Of a stretch of 64,000 nt of DNA, positions 10,002-19,394 are shown piece after piece (position 1 is the first letter of the stretch; each line of letters begins with the position of its first letter). Below the pieces are notes generated by a model that saw only the letters and a program-made list of their open reading frames with translations, was not told the DNA's origin and made no database searches. This DNA is from Candidatus Omnitrophota bacterium (GTDB taxonomy: Bacteria > Omnitrophota > Gorgyraeia > JABMRG01 > JAFGKX01). A program made the position numbers and the translations under genes. The stretch lies in contig JAZDPX010000006.1 in the NCBI GenBank assembly GCA_043797125.1, positions 6,921 through 70,920 of the forward strand, in the 5' to 3' direction.

Positions 10002-12524
10002 TTAAACTATTACATTTACCAAGCGTTTAGGCACGATAATAACCTTTTTAGGCTCTGCTTCGCCTATCCACTTTTTCACGACTTCATCTTTTAGCACTTT
10101 TTCTTTAAGCATTTCTTCAGTCGCATCTGCCGGCACAACTACTTTAGAACGCAGTTTGCCGTTTATCTGAACAGGTATAGTAAGCTCTTCTTCCTGTATC
10201 AGGCCTTTATCGAATGCAGGCCATTTTTGTCTAAATATACTTTCTTTATTGCCTAAAATCTGCCATAATTCTTCACTTATGTGCGGAGTAAAGGGAGCTA
10301 ATAATATAACTGCTGTTTGCGCTGCATCCCTGATAACATCAGGCGAAGCTTTTGTCTCGAGCGCAACATAAGAATCATTAATAAGTTCCATGATTGCGCT
10401 TATTGCGGTATTAAATTTAAATCCGCCCTCGATATCATCCGTAACTTTTTTTATGGTCTGGTGAATCTTCCGCGTTAAAGGGCTGTGGGCTTTGGGCTGT
10501 GGGCTTTGGGCTGTGGGCTTTGGGCTGTGGGCTTTAACCGATTCCACCAACCGCCAAACTCTGCCTAAGAATCTATACGATCCCTCAACAGCCCTGTCAT
10601 TCCATTCCGCGTCTCTTTCCGGCGGGCCTATAAATAATGTGTACAGCCTCACTGTATCAACGCCGTAGTTTTTTATCAATTCATCAGGGCTAACTACATT
10701 GCCTTTTGATTTGGACATCTTGGCGCCGTTTTTTATTATCATCCCTTGAGTAAACAGCCTTGCAAACGGCTCTTGGAAACTGACATACCCTAAATCAAAA
10801 AGCACCTTTGTAATAAAACGCGAATATAATAGGTGCAGTATCGCGTGCTCTACGCCTCCGATATATTGATCCACAGGCAGCCATTTATTCACCAGCTGCG
10901 AATCAAACGCCTTTTTATCGTCATTCGGGGATAGATAACGCAGGTAATACCAGCTTGAATCCACGAAAGTATCCATTGTATCAATTTCGCGTCTTGCCTT
11001 TTGTTTGCATTTGGGGCAGCTGGTTTGCACAAACTTCTCTGAATCTGCCAAGGGCGATTCACCAACGCCTTTAAATTTGACATCTTCAGGCAAAACAACA
11101 GGTAAATCCTTTTCAGGCACAGCTACTATGCCGCATTTTTCGCAATATATAATAGGAATAGGCGCGCCCCAGTAGCGCTGCCTTGATATAAGCCAGTCTC
11201 TTAATTTATAGTGCACAGCGCGCCTGCCAATTTTAATTTTTTCCATCCAGTCAGCTATCTTTACCATGGCCACGCGATTATCGAGGCCGTTAAACTGCGC
11301 TGAGTTTACCTGCACGCCGTCGCCTTCGTAAGCCGCTTCTAAGTGGTGACCTGGTGACTTTGTGACCTGGTGACCCTGAATAACTATTTCGATCGGCAGG
11401 CCATATTTTTTCGCAAACTCAAAATCTCGGCTGTCGTGAGCCGGCACAGCCATGACAGCGCCTGTGCCGTATTCAACTAATACATAATTAGCTATCCATA
11501 AAGGTATTTTTTTATTGTTTACAGGGTTTATTGCATGCCTGTTTATGAAGATACCTTCTTTTTCAAATTCCGCGCAAATGCGGTCTTCCTTGCTTTGCTG
11601 CCTTGCCTTTTTTATAAATTCATAAATTTTATTCTTATCCGGCGAGGCCTTAATCAGTTCTTCTATAAGGGGATGTTCCGGCGCAAGCACCATATAAGTC
11701 GCGCCGAAAATAGTGTCCACTCTTGTGGTATAGCAGGTTAATACAATATCGGAATCAGCCACCGGAAAATTTATCTGGACGCCGCTGGATTTTCCTATCC
11801 AGTTAGTCTGCATTGTTTTAACGCGCTGGGGCCAATCCATAAGTTTCTCTATATCATCTAAAAGCCTTTGCGCGTAATCTGTAATCTTAAAAAACCACTG
11901 CTCTAAATCTTTTTCTTCCACCTTTGTGTCGCAGCGCTCACAGCAAGCCCCGACAACCTGCTCGTTTGCCAAAACTGTCTTGCACGAAGGGCACCAGTTT
12001 ACAGCAGCCTTTTTCTTATACGCGAGGCCCTTCTCGTATAATTTTAAAAATATCCACTGCGTCCATTTATAATAATCGGGCCTGCACGCGGCGACTTCCC
12101 TTGCCCAGTCATATCCCACGCCCCAGCTTTTAAGCTGCCTTTTCATCATATTGATATTATTTTCCGTTGACACCTTGGGATGCAGCCCGCCTTTTATAGC
12201 TGCGTTTTCCGCGGGAAGCCCGAACGCATCCCAACCTATCGGAGAAAGCACGTTTAACCCGCGCATGATTTTATATCTGGTAAGGGCGTCGCCTAATATG
12301 TAGTTTCTGCCATGGCCGACATGTAGAGCGCCCGAAGGATACGGAAACATTACAAGGCAGTAATATTTATTAACTGCTTTAGAGGTATCTACTGAAAATA
12401 ATCCGATGTCTTCCCAGTGTTTCTGCCATTTACTATCAATTTTATCGAATGGATATTGCCTTGTTTCTGTCACGAAAATTTTCTCCGATTGACAAACATT
12501 ATGGTGAGTGTTATAATCTCTCAC
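10002..12524 (-). CDS. leuS: Leucyl-tRNA synthetase
   Basis: 840 aa. HIGH motif (ALHVGHGRNY), KMSKS motif (KMSKSKGN), and the CP1 editing and anticodon-binding regions typical of bacterial LeuS. Carries two in-frame microsatellite insertions (see the repeat features). Confidence 0.93.
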   Translation of the reverse strand: MRDYNTHHNVCQSEKIFVTETRQYPFDKIDSKWQKHWEDIGLFSVDTSKAVNKYYCLVMFPYPSGALHVGHGRNYILGDALTRYKIMRGLNVLSPIGWDAFGLPAENAAIKGGLHPKVSTENNINMMKRQLKSWGVGYDWAREVAACRPDYYKWTQWIFLKLYEKGLAYKKKAAVNWCPSCKTVLANEQVVGACCERCDTKVEEKDLEQWFFKITDYAQRLLDDIEKLMDWPQRVKTMQTNWIGKSSGVQINFPVADSDIVLTCYTTRVDTIFGATYMVLAPEHPLIEELIKASPDKNKIYEFIKKARQQSKEDRICAEFEKEGIFINRHAINPVNNKKIPLWIANYVLVEYGTGAVMAVPAHDSRDFEFAKKYGLPIEIVIQGHQVTKSPGHHLEAAYEGDGVQVNSAQFNGLDNRVAMVKIADWMEKIKIGRRAVHYKLRDWLISRQRYWGAPIPIIYCEKCGIVAVPEKDLPVVLPEDVKFKGVGESPLADSEKFVQTSCPKCKQKARREIDTMDTFVDSSWYYLRYLSPNDDKKAFDSQLVNKWLPVDQYIGGVEHAILHLLYSRFITKVLFDLGYVSFQEPFARLFTQGMIIKNGAKMSKSKGNVVSPDELIKNYGVDTVRLYTLFIGPPERDAEWNDRAVEGSYRFLGRVWRLVESVKAHSPKPTAQSPQPKAHSPLTRKIHQTIKKVTDDIEGGFKFNTAISAIMELINDSYVALETKASPDVIRDAAQTAVILLAPFTPHISEELWQILGNKESIFRQKWPAFDKGLIQEEELTIPVQINGKLRSKVVVPADATEEMLKEKVLKDEVVKKWIGEAEPKKVIIVPKRLVNVIV
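10481..10535. repeat. 14-bp-period (7+7) tandem repeat inside leuS, encoding KAHSPKPTAQSPQPKAHSP
   Basis: ggctgtg ggctttg x4 read directly. The reverse complement translates in frame as KAHSPKPTAQSPQPKAHSP within LeuS. Confidence 0.75.
11342..11376. repeat. 8-bp-unit tandem repeat (GTGACNTG x4) inside leuS, encoding QGHQVTKSPGHH
   Basis: gtgacctg gtgacttt gtgacctg gtgaccct. Same unit family as 34692-34730 in aroE. Confidence 0.7.
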
Positions 12525-12528
12525 ACAT

Positions 12529-12605
12529 GGGGCTGTAGCTCAGCTGGAATGAGCGCCTGAAGGGCATTCAGGAGGCCGAGGGTTAGATCCCCTCCAGCTC
12601 CACCA
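12529..12605 (+). tRNA. tRNA-Ala (anticodon GGC) with non-canonical G33 and A56
   Basis: Manual cloverleaf: acceptor GGGGCTG/CAGCTCC with the G3:U70 pair (Ala identity element); D arm GCTC/GAGC; anticodon stem CCTGA/TCAGG with loop AGGGCAT (anticodon GGC); 5-nt variable region; T arm GAGGG/CCCTC with loop TTAGATC; discriminator A plus encoded CCA. Closely resembles E. coli tRNA-Ala(GGC) except U33>G and C56>A. ORF 12521-12742(-) overlaps it and is rejected. Confidence 0.8.
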
Positions 12606-12996
12606 CGAACCACTCGCAAAAATTTCTTATGAAATTTTTGCTCGGATTCGTGGCAGGCCATCGCAAATTTTTGCGAGTGGTGAAGTGCCCCGAACCTGAG
12701 CGAAGCGAATGGTGCGGGGCAAAGCTCATGTTCCTGGCACAACCATTCACTTTTATCAATAACTATCCTTTATCATAAAACATCGTCGATAAAATTGCAA
12801 GTAAAATAGAGGCATTTTTGTAAAATTTTTCACATTTTTGACGTAACCTATTTTATAACAAATAGTTACATAAATATTACATTAAATATTGCAATATTTT
12901 AAAAGCGGATTCCCATTTCCACAAGAATGAGTAAAAAAACTACGGTTTGTGGCAATCCGTGTAAGGACTTGCAAGGCTTAATTATATTTAGCAAAA

Positions 12997-13262
12997 CCTT
13001 TGCGTGCGTTGCCGGAATCTTGCTCCGCCGCAGGTGAGGTCTTTGCGATGCGAGGCACATTAGAAATTTTTTGCCAAATGTCTTTTTAGGACTTATGGCG
13101 AGGAGCGGCTAAGATTTTTTATTCTAGGGTAAGCGACAAGCCATTAAGTCCAAAAAGACGGCAAAAAATTTCAGTGCCGAACATGCAAAGACCGAACCAT
13201 CGGCAAGCGAAGGCAACCACACAAAGGCTAAGGTTCCAGCACCGAACATTGCAAAAACCGAA
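12997..13262. repeat. MITE-like long-hairpin element, family B copy 1
   Basis: Terminal IRs cctttgcgtgcgttgccgg ... ccacacaaagg. Central ~110-bp imperfect palindrome (aaattttttgccaaatgtctttttaggacttatggcg ... gccattaagtccaaaaagacggcaaaaaatttc). Tail motif cagtgccgaacatgcaaagaccgaacc is duplicated. A homologous copy lies at 27515-27712. Confidence 0.6.
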
Positions 13263-13264
13263 CT

Positions 13265-14242
13265 TTAAGTAATTACCTTCTCCACCGCCCGCATCACATC
13301 CTCAACGCCCACTGCTTTCATGCATTCGTAATCACTGCAGGTTTTATCGTAACAAGGAACAACACAGCCTATATCTTTTCTTACCACGACATACCTACCG
13401 CTTCCGTACGGCCCTGTTATATCGGGATTTGTCGGCCCGAAAATCGCCACTGTCGGCGCCTTCTGGCTTACTGCTATGTGCATCGGCCCCGTATCATTGG
13501 CGATAACCGCCCTTGCGCCTTTTAATATAACCGCTAATTGCTTAAGCGTGGTTTCCCCGCAGAGGTTTACGGGCTTATTTCTGCATAATTTACTTATATC
13601 GTTTCCCAGCAGGGCATCTTTTTGCGCCCCGGCTATGATCACCCGAACGCCGTATTTATCAAACAACTCGTCGGCAAGTTTCGCGAAATTTTCCTTCGGC
13701 CATCTTTTCGGAAGCCAGTTTCCGCCCGGATTTATCACAATATACGGCGTTGTTTCCGGCATTCCATTTTTGCTTAATAAGCCTAAGGCCTGCCTTTTAT
13801 GCTCGTTGCTTAAAAAAAATTCATAATCTTTGTTTTTCGTATCTATGCCCGCCGCCCTTACTATATTCAGGTAGTGCTCGACTCTGTGCGGCTCGGCATT
13901 TTTGGGCGTTTGACTGCCTGCCAGCTGCTTAATGCCGGCCATAGCGCACATCCAGCGATAACTCTTTGAGCGCGTAAACAAAAAGGCTAAGTCAAATTTT
14001 TTATTTTTTAATTTAAAGATAAGCCCTGCCTTTTCAAAAAAACCGCTAAGCCCCCTTGGGTTATTAATAGTTATAATCTCGTTTAAGTTTGTATTGCCTT
14101 CTAGTACCGCGATGCAGCGTTTATGCAATATCGCGGTGATACGCGAATCCCTATATTTTTCTTTTATCGCGCGTATGGCCGGCGTGGTAAAAAGCACATC
14201 TCCGAGCCAGTTTGGTTCTATGATAAGTATATTTTTCATCAT
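13265..14242 (-). CDS. GT9 glycosyltransferase (LPS heptosyltransferase, WaaC/WaaF/WaaQ-like)
   Basis: 325 aa. N-terminus ILIIEPNWLGDVLFTTPAIRAIKEKY and C-terminal ANDTGPMHIAVSQKAPTVAIFGPTNP are typical GT9 signatures. Confidence 0.8.
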   Translation of the reverse strand: MMKNILIIEPNWLGDVLFTTPAIRAIKEKYRDSRITAILHKRCIAVLEGNTNLNEIITINNPRGLSGFFEKAGLIFKLKNKKFDLAFLFTRSKSYRWMCAMAGIKQLAGSQTPKNAEPHRVEHYLNIVRAAGIDTKNKDYEFFLSNEHKRQALGLLSKNGMPETTPYIVINPGGNWLPKRWPKENFAKLADELFDKYGVRVIIAGAQKDALLGNDISKLCRNKPVNLCGETTLKQLAVILKGARAVIANDTGPMHIAVSQKAPTVAIFGPTNPDITGPYGSGRYVVVRKDIGCVVPCYDKTCSDYECMKAVGVEDVMRAVEKVIT

Positions 14243-15342
14243 CTTAAGGCGTTCAAATAAAACCTTTCTGTCTTTTCAACCATTCTATTAAGCGTGAATT
14301 TATCCTGCACTGTCTTTTTGCCTTCTTCGCCTAACTTTCTAGCAAATTCCTTGTCATTCAGAAGCCTTAGAATAGCTTCTGCTAAAACTGAGTCATCTTT
14401 CGGCGCAACTAATATCCCGTTTTTCTCGTGCTCTATAACAGAAGATACGCCTCCGACATTCGATGCAACTACCGGTATGCCTACCGCCATTGCCTCAATC
14501 ATAGAAAGCCCCAGGCCCTCCTGAATGGACGGTAAAACAAATACATCCATAACAGAAAGGGCCTTATATATATTCTGTATAGCGGGGTAAAATATAACGC
14601 TATTTTCTATGTTTAGTTTATTGCATATGTCATGGAGGCTGCGTTCGTATTTTTTGCTGCCGCTGCCTACAATTAGAAGTTGGGCTTTTGGAAAAACGTT
14701 TTTTATCCTGGACATCGCCCTTAACAGATATACATGCCCTTTTACGCTGGAAAGTCTCGCTGTTATGCCTATGACAAAATCAGAGGTCAGATTAAATTGT
14801 TCCTTTATCTTTTTATGCTCGGACTCAGAATATTTCTGTCCCAAAAATGACGTATCTATGCCGTTATAAATGAGCTCTATATTTTTTTCGGGGACCTTCA
14901 TTGCTATGACCAGATGCTCTTTTACCGCGTCGCTTATCGCTATTACGCGGCTGCCCCAACACGGTAAAAACATCCTAATAAGCCTGCTCTTAAAAAACCC
15001 ATGACAAGTAGTTACAACCGTGACCTTTGAAAATTTATGCAGATAATGCGCGATGACCTGGCTGACCCTTGTCTGCGCATGGACTATGTCTATTTTTTCA
15101 TTTTTTATAACTTTGAGCAGCTTCATGCCTGCGATCATTACGTGCGGCCCGACCTCTGACGAAGTATCTATAGGCACATCTATATGCTCTATGCCGCAAG
15201 ACGTTAAAACTTCTTTCAGATCTCCGCCGCTGGAGGCCACAATTACCTTGTGCCCTTTCTGCTTAAGGCCGCGCGCCAATGAAACAACATATACGCCTAT
15301 GCCGCCCAAGTTTAACCTTGTGGTAATTATTAATATATTCAT
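14239..15342 (-). CDS. GT4 (GT-B fold) glycosyltransferase
   Basis: 367 aa. EGLGLSMIEAMAVGIPVVASNVGG is the GT4 E-x7-E region. 4-bp overlaps with both neighbours. Confidence 0.8.
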   Translation of the reverse strand: MNILIITTRLNLGGIGVYVVSLARGLKQKGHKVIVASSGGDLKEVLTSCGIEHIDVPIDTSSEVGPHVMIAGMKLLKVIKNEKIDIVHAQTRVSQVIAHYLHKFSKVTVVTTCHGFFKSRLIRMFLPCWGSRVIAISDAVKEHLVIAMKVPEKNIELIYNGIDTSFLGQKYSESEHKKIKEQFNLTSDFVIGITARLSSVKGHVYLLRAMSRIKNVFPKAQLLIVGSGSKKYERSLHDICNKLNIENSVIFYPAIQNIYKALSVMDVFVLPSIQEGLGLSMIEAMAVGIPVVASNVGGVSSVIEHEKNGILVAPKDDSVLAEAILRLLNDKEFARKLGEEGKKTVQDKFTLNRMVEKTERFYLNALR

Positions 15343-17432
15343 TTTAGCTTCAGCATCTTCATGGCAGCCTCAAAAACCTCGTCAACAGATATCATCTGCA
15401 TGCATTTTGCGTTTTTGCACATCCTCCTGTAACATGGCGAGCAAGGCAATTGTTTCTGTATGGATACAACAGAACCCGACGGCACAAGGTGCCTGTTTGA
15501 ATCCGTCGGCCCGAATAAACCTATACAAGGTGTTGACACAGCGCACGCTATATGCAGAGGCGCAGAATCGCCGCTGATAAATAAGTTGCACCTTTTAATC
15601 AGGCTGGCTAATTCCATAAGCGTGGTTCTTGCTACCATATTTATGGGTTTGGTCTCTGTCAATGATATCACCTTTTCTGCTATACGTGTGTCATCATCCG
15701 AGCCTGTAATAACCACCCTTACGCCTTCTTGAGAAAATTTACGGCACAATTTTATAAAATTATCAGTATCCCATCTTTTTGTATGCCAGTTAACGCTTGA
15801 GCCAATATTAATGCCTATCAGAATCTGTTTTTCCCCAACCCATTCATTCTGCAGGACCTTGTCTATTTTCTGCTGTTCTGACTCTGAGGGAAACAGTTCC
15901 AGGCCCCCCGGCGCAGACTGTATCCCAAGGCTGCGAAGCAGCACAAACTGGTGCTCGACGGGAGAAACCTTTAATTTAGCGCCATCGGCTTTATCCGTCA
16001 GCAAAAAATCCAATCTTTTATTTTTAAAACCAATGCGCCGCGGCGCCATTGACAAAAAGCCCAAAAGCCGGCTTGTCCTGTTATTCTGCAGGTCGATAAC
16101 CATATCAAAGTGCTCGCGCCTTAACCCGGTTGCAATATCAAGCACCTTTTTGAGCTTGCCTTTCTGATGCGCATCGTCGAAAATTACCAATTCATCAACA
16201 TACGGGCAATTGCTGACAATCTTGCGGGCCTTTGCACCGACAACCATAACGATCTTGGCCTTGTTGAAATGTTTACGCAGGGCTGATAAAGAGGGTATGC
16301 TTAATACAACGTCTCCGATGGCAGATATCTTTATTATCAATATAGAAATTTTATTTTTTGCCTCTTCGTAAACGCCAATTGTCCTGTTGAACATTTTCTC
16401 TAAATTAAATTCCTTTTCAACGTCCTGGCGCGCCTGTTCTGTCAAGCCTTGAGCCAGTTTAGCATCTTTAAAAATCCTGATTATCGCTTCAGACATAGCG
16501 CTCCAGTCGCAGGGCGCAACCAGTAGGCCGCTTTTTTCGTGCCTTATAATGTCGACTACGCCGCCGACTTTTGTGGCGATTACAGGCACGCCTGTCGCCT
16601 GCGCCTCAATAATAGTCCTGCCGAACGCTTCGGGCGTGGTTGTTGGCAGCACTAGAAGATCAAAAGTTTTTAAAAGCTGTGGTATGTCGTCGCGCTTTCC
16701 TAAAAAAATTATGTTTTTGGAGAGGGAAAGCCTCTTTACCAGCGCCTCTAACTCAAGCTTGTATTTCTCTTTCTTTGCGGGCGCCTCGCCGATAATAAGG
16801 GCTTTTGCATTCGGTATGGTCCTTACAACTTTCGACATAGCGCGTATAAAATGCTTATGGCCTTTTAAAGGCGTTATGCGCGCTATAACGCCTATTGTAA
16901 ATCCCGCGTGCTCCTTCCTTGAAGAAAGAGGCGTATATTCAAATTTCTCCAGATCCACGCCTCTTGGTATAAGCCTTATCCGTTCTCTCGGAACGCCAAA
17001 ATCCTCTATCATGTGTTTAGCGATAACATGGCTTGCGACTATTACAAATTTACCCCAACCCATTACCCTGCTTAATAAATGATTTGAATAGTAGCCGTGG
17101 CAGGTAGTAATAAAAGGGACATTTTCCCGGTAAGAGGCTAAAAAGGATGAAAACGCAGGCGCCCTGCTCCTTGCGTGGATTATATCTATGTCTTCTTTTT
17201 TTATTACATCGCATATTTTCCCTACCATCCCCAGTATGGTAAGCGGGTTTTTTCTATCTACCTGCAATTCATAATGTATACCGCCGGCTTTTACTATTTT
17301 CTCAACCAGGGTTCCGCCTGCAGAAATTACCACAGACTTATGATTTTTTTTCACAAGCTCCTTATTGAGGTCCACAACGCCTGTCTCGACCCCGCCGGAT
17401 TTTAGTTCTGGTAGAACTTGCAGGATATTCAT
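15339..17432 (-). CDS. Bifunctional GT4 glycosyltransferase (N-terminal) fused to a GT9 heptosyltransferase-like domain (C-terminal)
   Basis: 697 aa. aa 1-370 carry the GT4 motif EAFGRTIIEAQATGVPVIATKVGG. aa 370-697 carry GT9 motifs ISILIIKISAIGDVVLSIPSLSALRKHF and GDSAPLHIACAVSTPCIGLFGPTDSNRH. Confidence 0.75.
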   Translation of the reverse strand: MNILQVLPELKSGGVETGVVDLNKELVKKNHKSVVISAGGTLVEKIVKAGGIHYELQVDRKNPLTILGMVGKICDVIKKEDIDIIHARSRAPAFSSFLASYRENVPFITTCHGYYSNHLLSRVMGWGKFVIVASHVIAKHMIEDFGVPRERIRLIPRGVDLEKFEYTPLSSRKEHAGFTIGVIARITPLKGHKHFIRAMSKVVRTIPNAKALIIGEAPAKKEKYKLELEALVKRLSLSKNIIFLGKRDDIPQLLKTFDLLVLPTTTPEAFGRTIIEAQATGVPVIATKVGGVVDIIRHEKSGLLVAPCDWSAMSEAIIRIFKDAKLAQGLTEQARQDVEKEFNLEKMFNRTIGVYEEAKNKISILIIKISAIGDVVLSIPSLSALRKHFNKAKIVMVVGAKARKIVSNCPYVDELVIFDDAHQKGKLKKVLDIATGLRREHFDMVIDLQNNRTSRLLGFLSMAPRRIGFKNKRLDFLLTDKADGAKLKVSPVEHQFVLLRSLGIQSAPGGLELFPSESEQQKIDKVLQNEWVGEKQILIGINIGSSVNWHTKRWDTDNFIKLCRKFSQEGVRVVITGSDDDTRIAEKVISLTETKPINMVARTTLMELASLIKRCNLFISGDSAPLHIACAVSTPCIGLFGPTDSNRHLVPSGSVVSIQKQLPCSPCYRRMCKNAKCMQMISVDEVFEAAMKMLKLK

Positions 17433-19394
17433 TTATATTATTTTCCTTAACCCTTCTCTAATAACCGGATTATCATCCAGCGCTTTCACCTTTGTCCTAT
17501 CCTTGAAAAATTCTTTAATATGCCGGCTGATATCTTTATGTTCAACGAGTTTTATATAACCTTTTTTGCCAAGATTCGCCAAAAACAGCCTGTGCCTTCT
17601 ATCGATAGCGCTTCCTGCGTCAAACACTAGCACCTGGCAACCCGATGAAGCTGCTTCTGAAACCATGGATATACTGTCAGGCGAAATTACAACAACATCA
17701 CAAACACCAAGAATGCCTCCGACCGCCCCTTCTCTGTTCTCCTGGTTTGCTATTATCAGCAATTTGCATCTTTCGTCACCACTAAGCTGCTTGCTTAATG
17801 CCTTTTCTATTTTTTGCGGCGTTCTCCTTGAGGTCGTTGCTAATATACCGGCGTCGACAGCGCAAGAGGCGTTTTTAACCTGTTCTATTATTGAAGAGAT
17901 AACATCTTCCTGCATGCGGAAATTTTTATAATCCCCTCCCAAAAGCAGGCCTATATTAAATTTTTTCGTTGGGGCGCCTTTAAGTTCATATCTTAAGGCG
18001 TTTGCCTGGTATTCCACGAGTTTTCTATCGATTAAATTTGGCGCGCCTTCGGTTATAATTACATTTTTCATCTTTTTCCATTGATCGTGCCTTGGAATGA
18101 CACAAAGGTTAAATCTTTTTACCAAAAAAGCTCCCGGGTTCATTATTACAACTGATTTTGCCCTGCATTCCTTAGACAGCAAAAGGTTAACCGGCGCTAT
18201 CTTGCTGCCGCAGGAAATAATAATATCCGCCGACACCTTCATTAAGCGTTTATAGGTTTGCCTGTTAAGGTAAGTCCTTAAACATACCATACAACCCTGG
18301 CAAAGAGGGGTCACAAAATAGCTTTCCACGCAAAGCATTTCCCTGAAAAAGCTGTTTTTAAATTTTACAGGTATAACTTCCGTTAATATGTCGGATTCCG
18401 ATATCCCTTTTTCGATAAACAACTCCCTTATCTGCTTTAACGCCGCCTGCGACTGGCGCAGGTGCCCTGTCCTTGAGTCATCCAAAACCACGATTTTTTT
18501 CTGCGGCGATGATTTCCATCTCTTATGCTGCCATAACCATTGGTCGGGGTATTTCAGTATCATTTCCTCCAGGCGGGCGGCAAACTGCCTGAAGCCTTCT
18601 TTCATTTTCTCTTCTTTTGAACCTGCGCCCGGAAAAATTATCGGTTCGTTTACAATGAATTTAAATTTACCGGGCCCCTGCCTGATAGGAAAACCCGGTA
18701 ATATAACACATCCTGTGCTTAAACCAAATTCCATAACGCCTCTGTGCCAAGAGGCGGGTTTATTAAAAAGATCGACAAAGACCCCGGTCTTGCCGGCATC
18801 CTGGTCAACAAGCATGCCTACAACTTCATTATTTTTTAAGGCCTTGATAATCTCTCTTAAGGGCATGCCTTTAGAAATTATTTTGCATCCGTGCGATTCG
18901 CGGTAGGCGTTGAGCAGCCTGTTTATCAAAAACGGCTTTTGCTCTCTTGCAATTGCCTTAAAGCAATATCCTTTAAACGGAAGGGCCGCGTTTGACAGTT
19001 CCCAGTTTCCGAAATGCGCGGTTAAAAGAATAACGCCCTTGCCTTTTTTAAGCGCATTGTCGATATTTTCAAAACCTACATACGTAAAATTCTTTTGCGC
19101 GTATTTTTTGTTTAGTTTCGGCAAAAGCAGAGTCTCCACCAAGGCCTGCCCTATATTTACATATGTCTGCTTTAATATCTTTTTAAGCTGGTATGGTTCA
19201 TACTTGTGCCCAAGGGCGCATTTCAAATTTGAATAAGCAATGCTTCTGCGCTTTAGGTTCAGATACTCGCCAGCTGCCCCGAGCTTTCTTCCTGCAGCCA
19301 GGCTTAATTTAACCGGCAGCCACTGGAAAACAACCGCAAAAAACCTAAAAAGCGAGTAAAGAAGATATTCTGTTAAAAAACTTTTCTTCATCAA
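17433..19394 (-). CDS. Lipid A late acyltransferase (LpxL/LpxM family) fused to a C-terminal ELM1/DUF1022-like domain
   Basis: 653 aa. N-terminal ~300 aa carry the HFGNWE catalytic motif and WLWQHKRW, typical of HtrB/LpxL. The C-terminal ~350 aa is a second domain I tentatively call ELM1/DUF1022-like (from memory, low confidence). 50-bp overlap with lpxK suggests a downstream start. Confidence 0.65.
   Translation of the reverse strand: MMKKSFLTEYLLYSLFRFFAVVFQWLPVKLSLAAGRKLGAAGEYLNLKRRSIAYSNLKCALGHKYEPYQLKKILKQTYVNIGQALVETLLLPKLNKKYAQKNFTYVGFENIDNALKKGKGVILLTAHFGNWELSNAALPFKGYCFKAIAREQKPFLINRLLNAYRESHGCKIISKGMPLREIIKALKNNEVVGMLVDQDAGKTGVFVDLFNKPASWHRGVMEFGLSTGCVILPGFPIRQGPGKFKFIVNEPIIFPGAGSKEEKMKEGFRQFAARLEEMILKYPDQWLWQHKRWKSSPQKKIVVLDDSRTGHLRQSQAALKQIRELFIEKGISESDILTEVIPVKFKNSFFREMLCVESYFVTPLCQGCMVCLRTYLNRQTYKRLMKVSADIIISCGSKIAPVNLLLSKECRAKSVVIMNPGAFLVKRFNLCVIPRHDQWKKMKNVIITEGAPNLIDRKLVEYQANALRYELKGAPTKKFNIGLLLGGDYKNFRMQEDVISSIIEQVKNASCAVDAGILATTSRRTPQKIEKALSKQLSGDERCKLLIIANQENREGAVGGILGVCDVVVISPDSISMVSEAASSGCQVLVFDAGSAIDRRHRLFLANLGKKGYIKLVEHKDISRHIKEFFKDRTKVKALDDNPVIREGLRKII

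Noticed and set aside
12521-12742. 73-aa ORF on the minus strand overlapping tRNA-Ala
   Set aside because: Fully overlaps a well-folding tRNA and a hairpin-rich intergenic region; no coding signal; artefact of the ORF scan.
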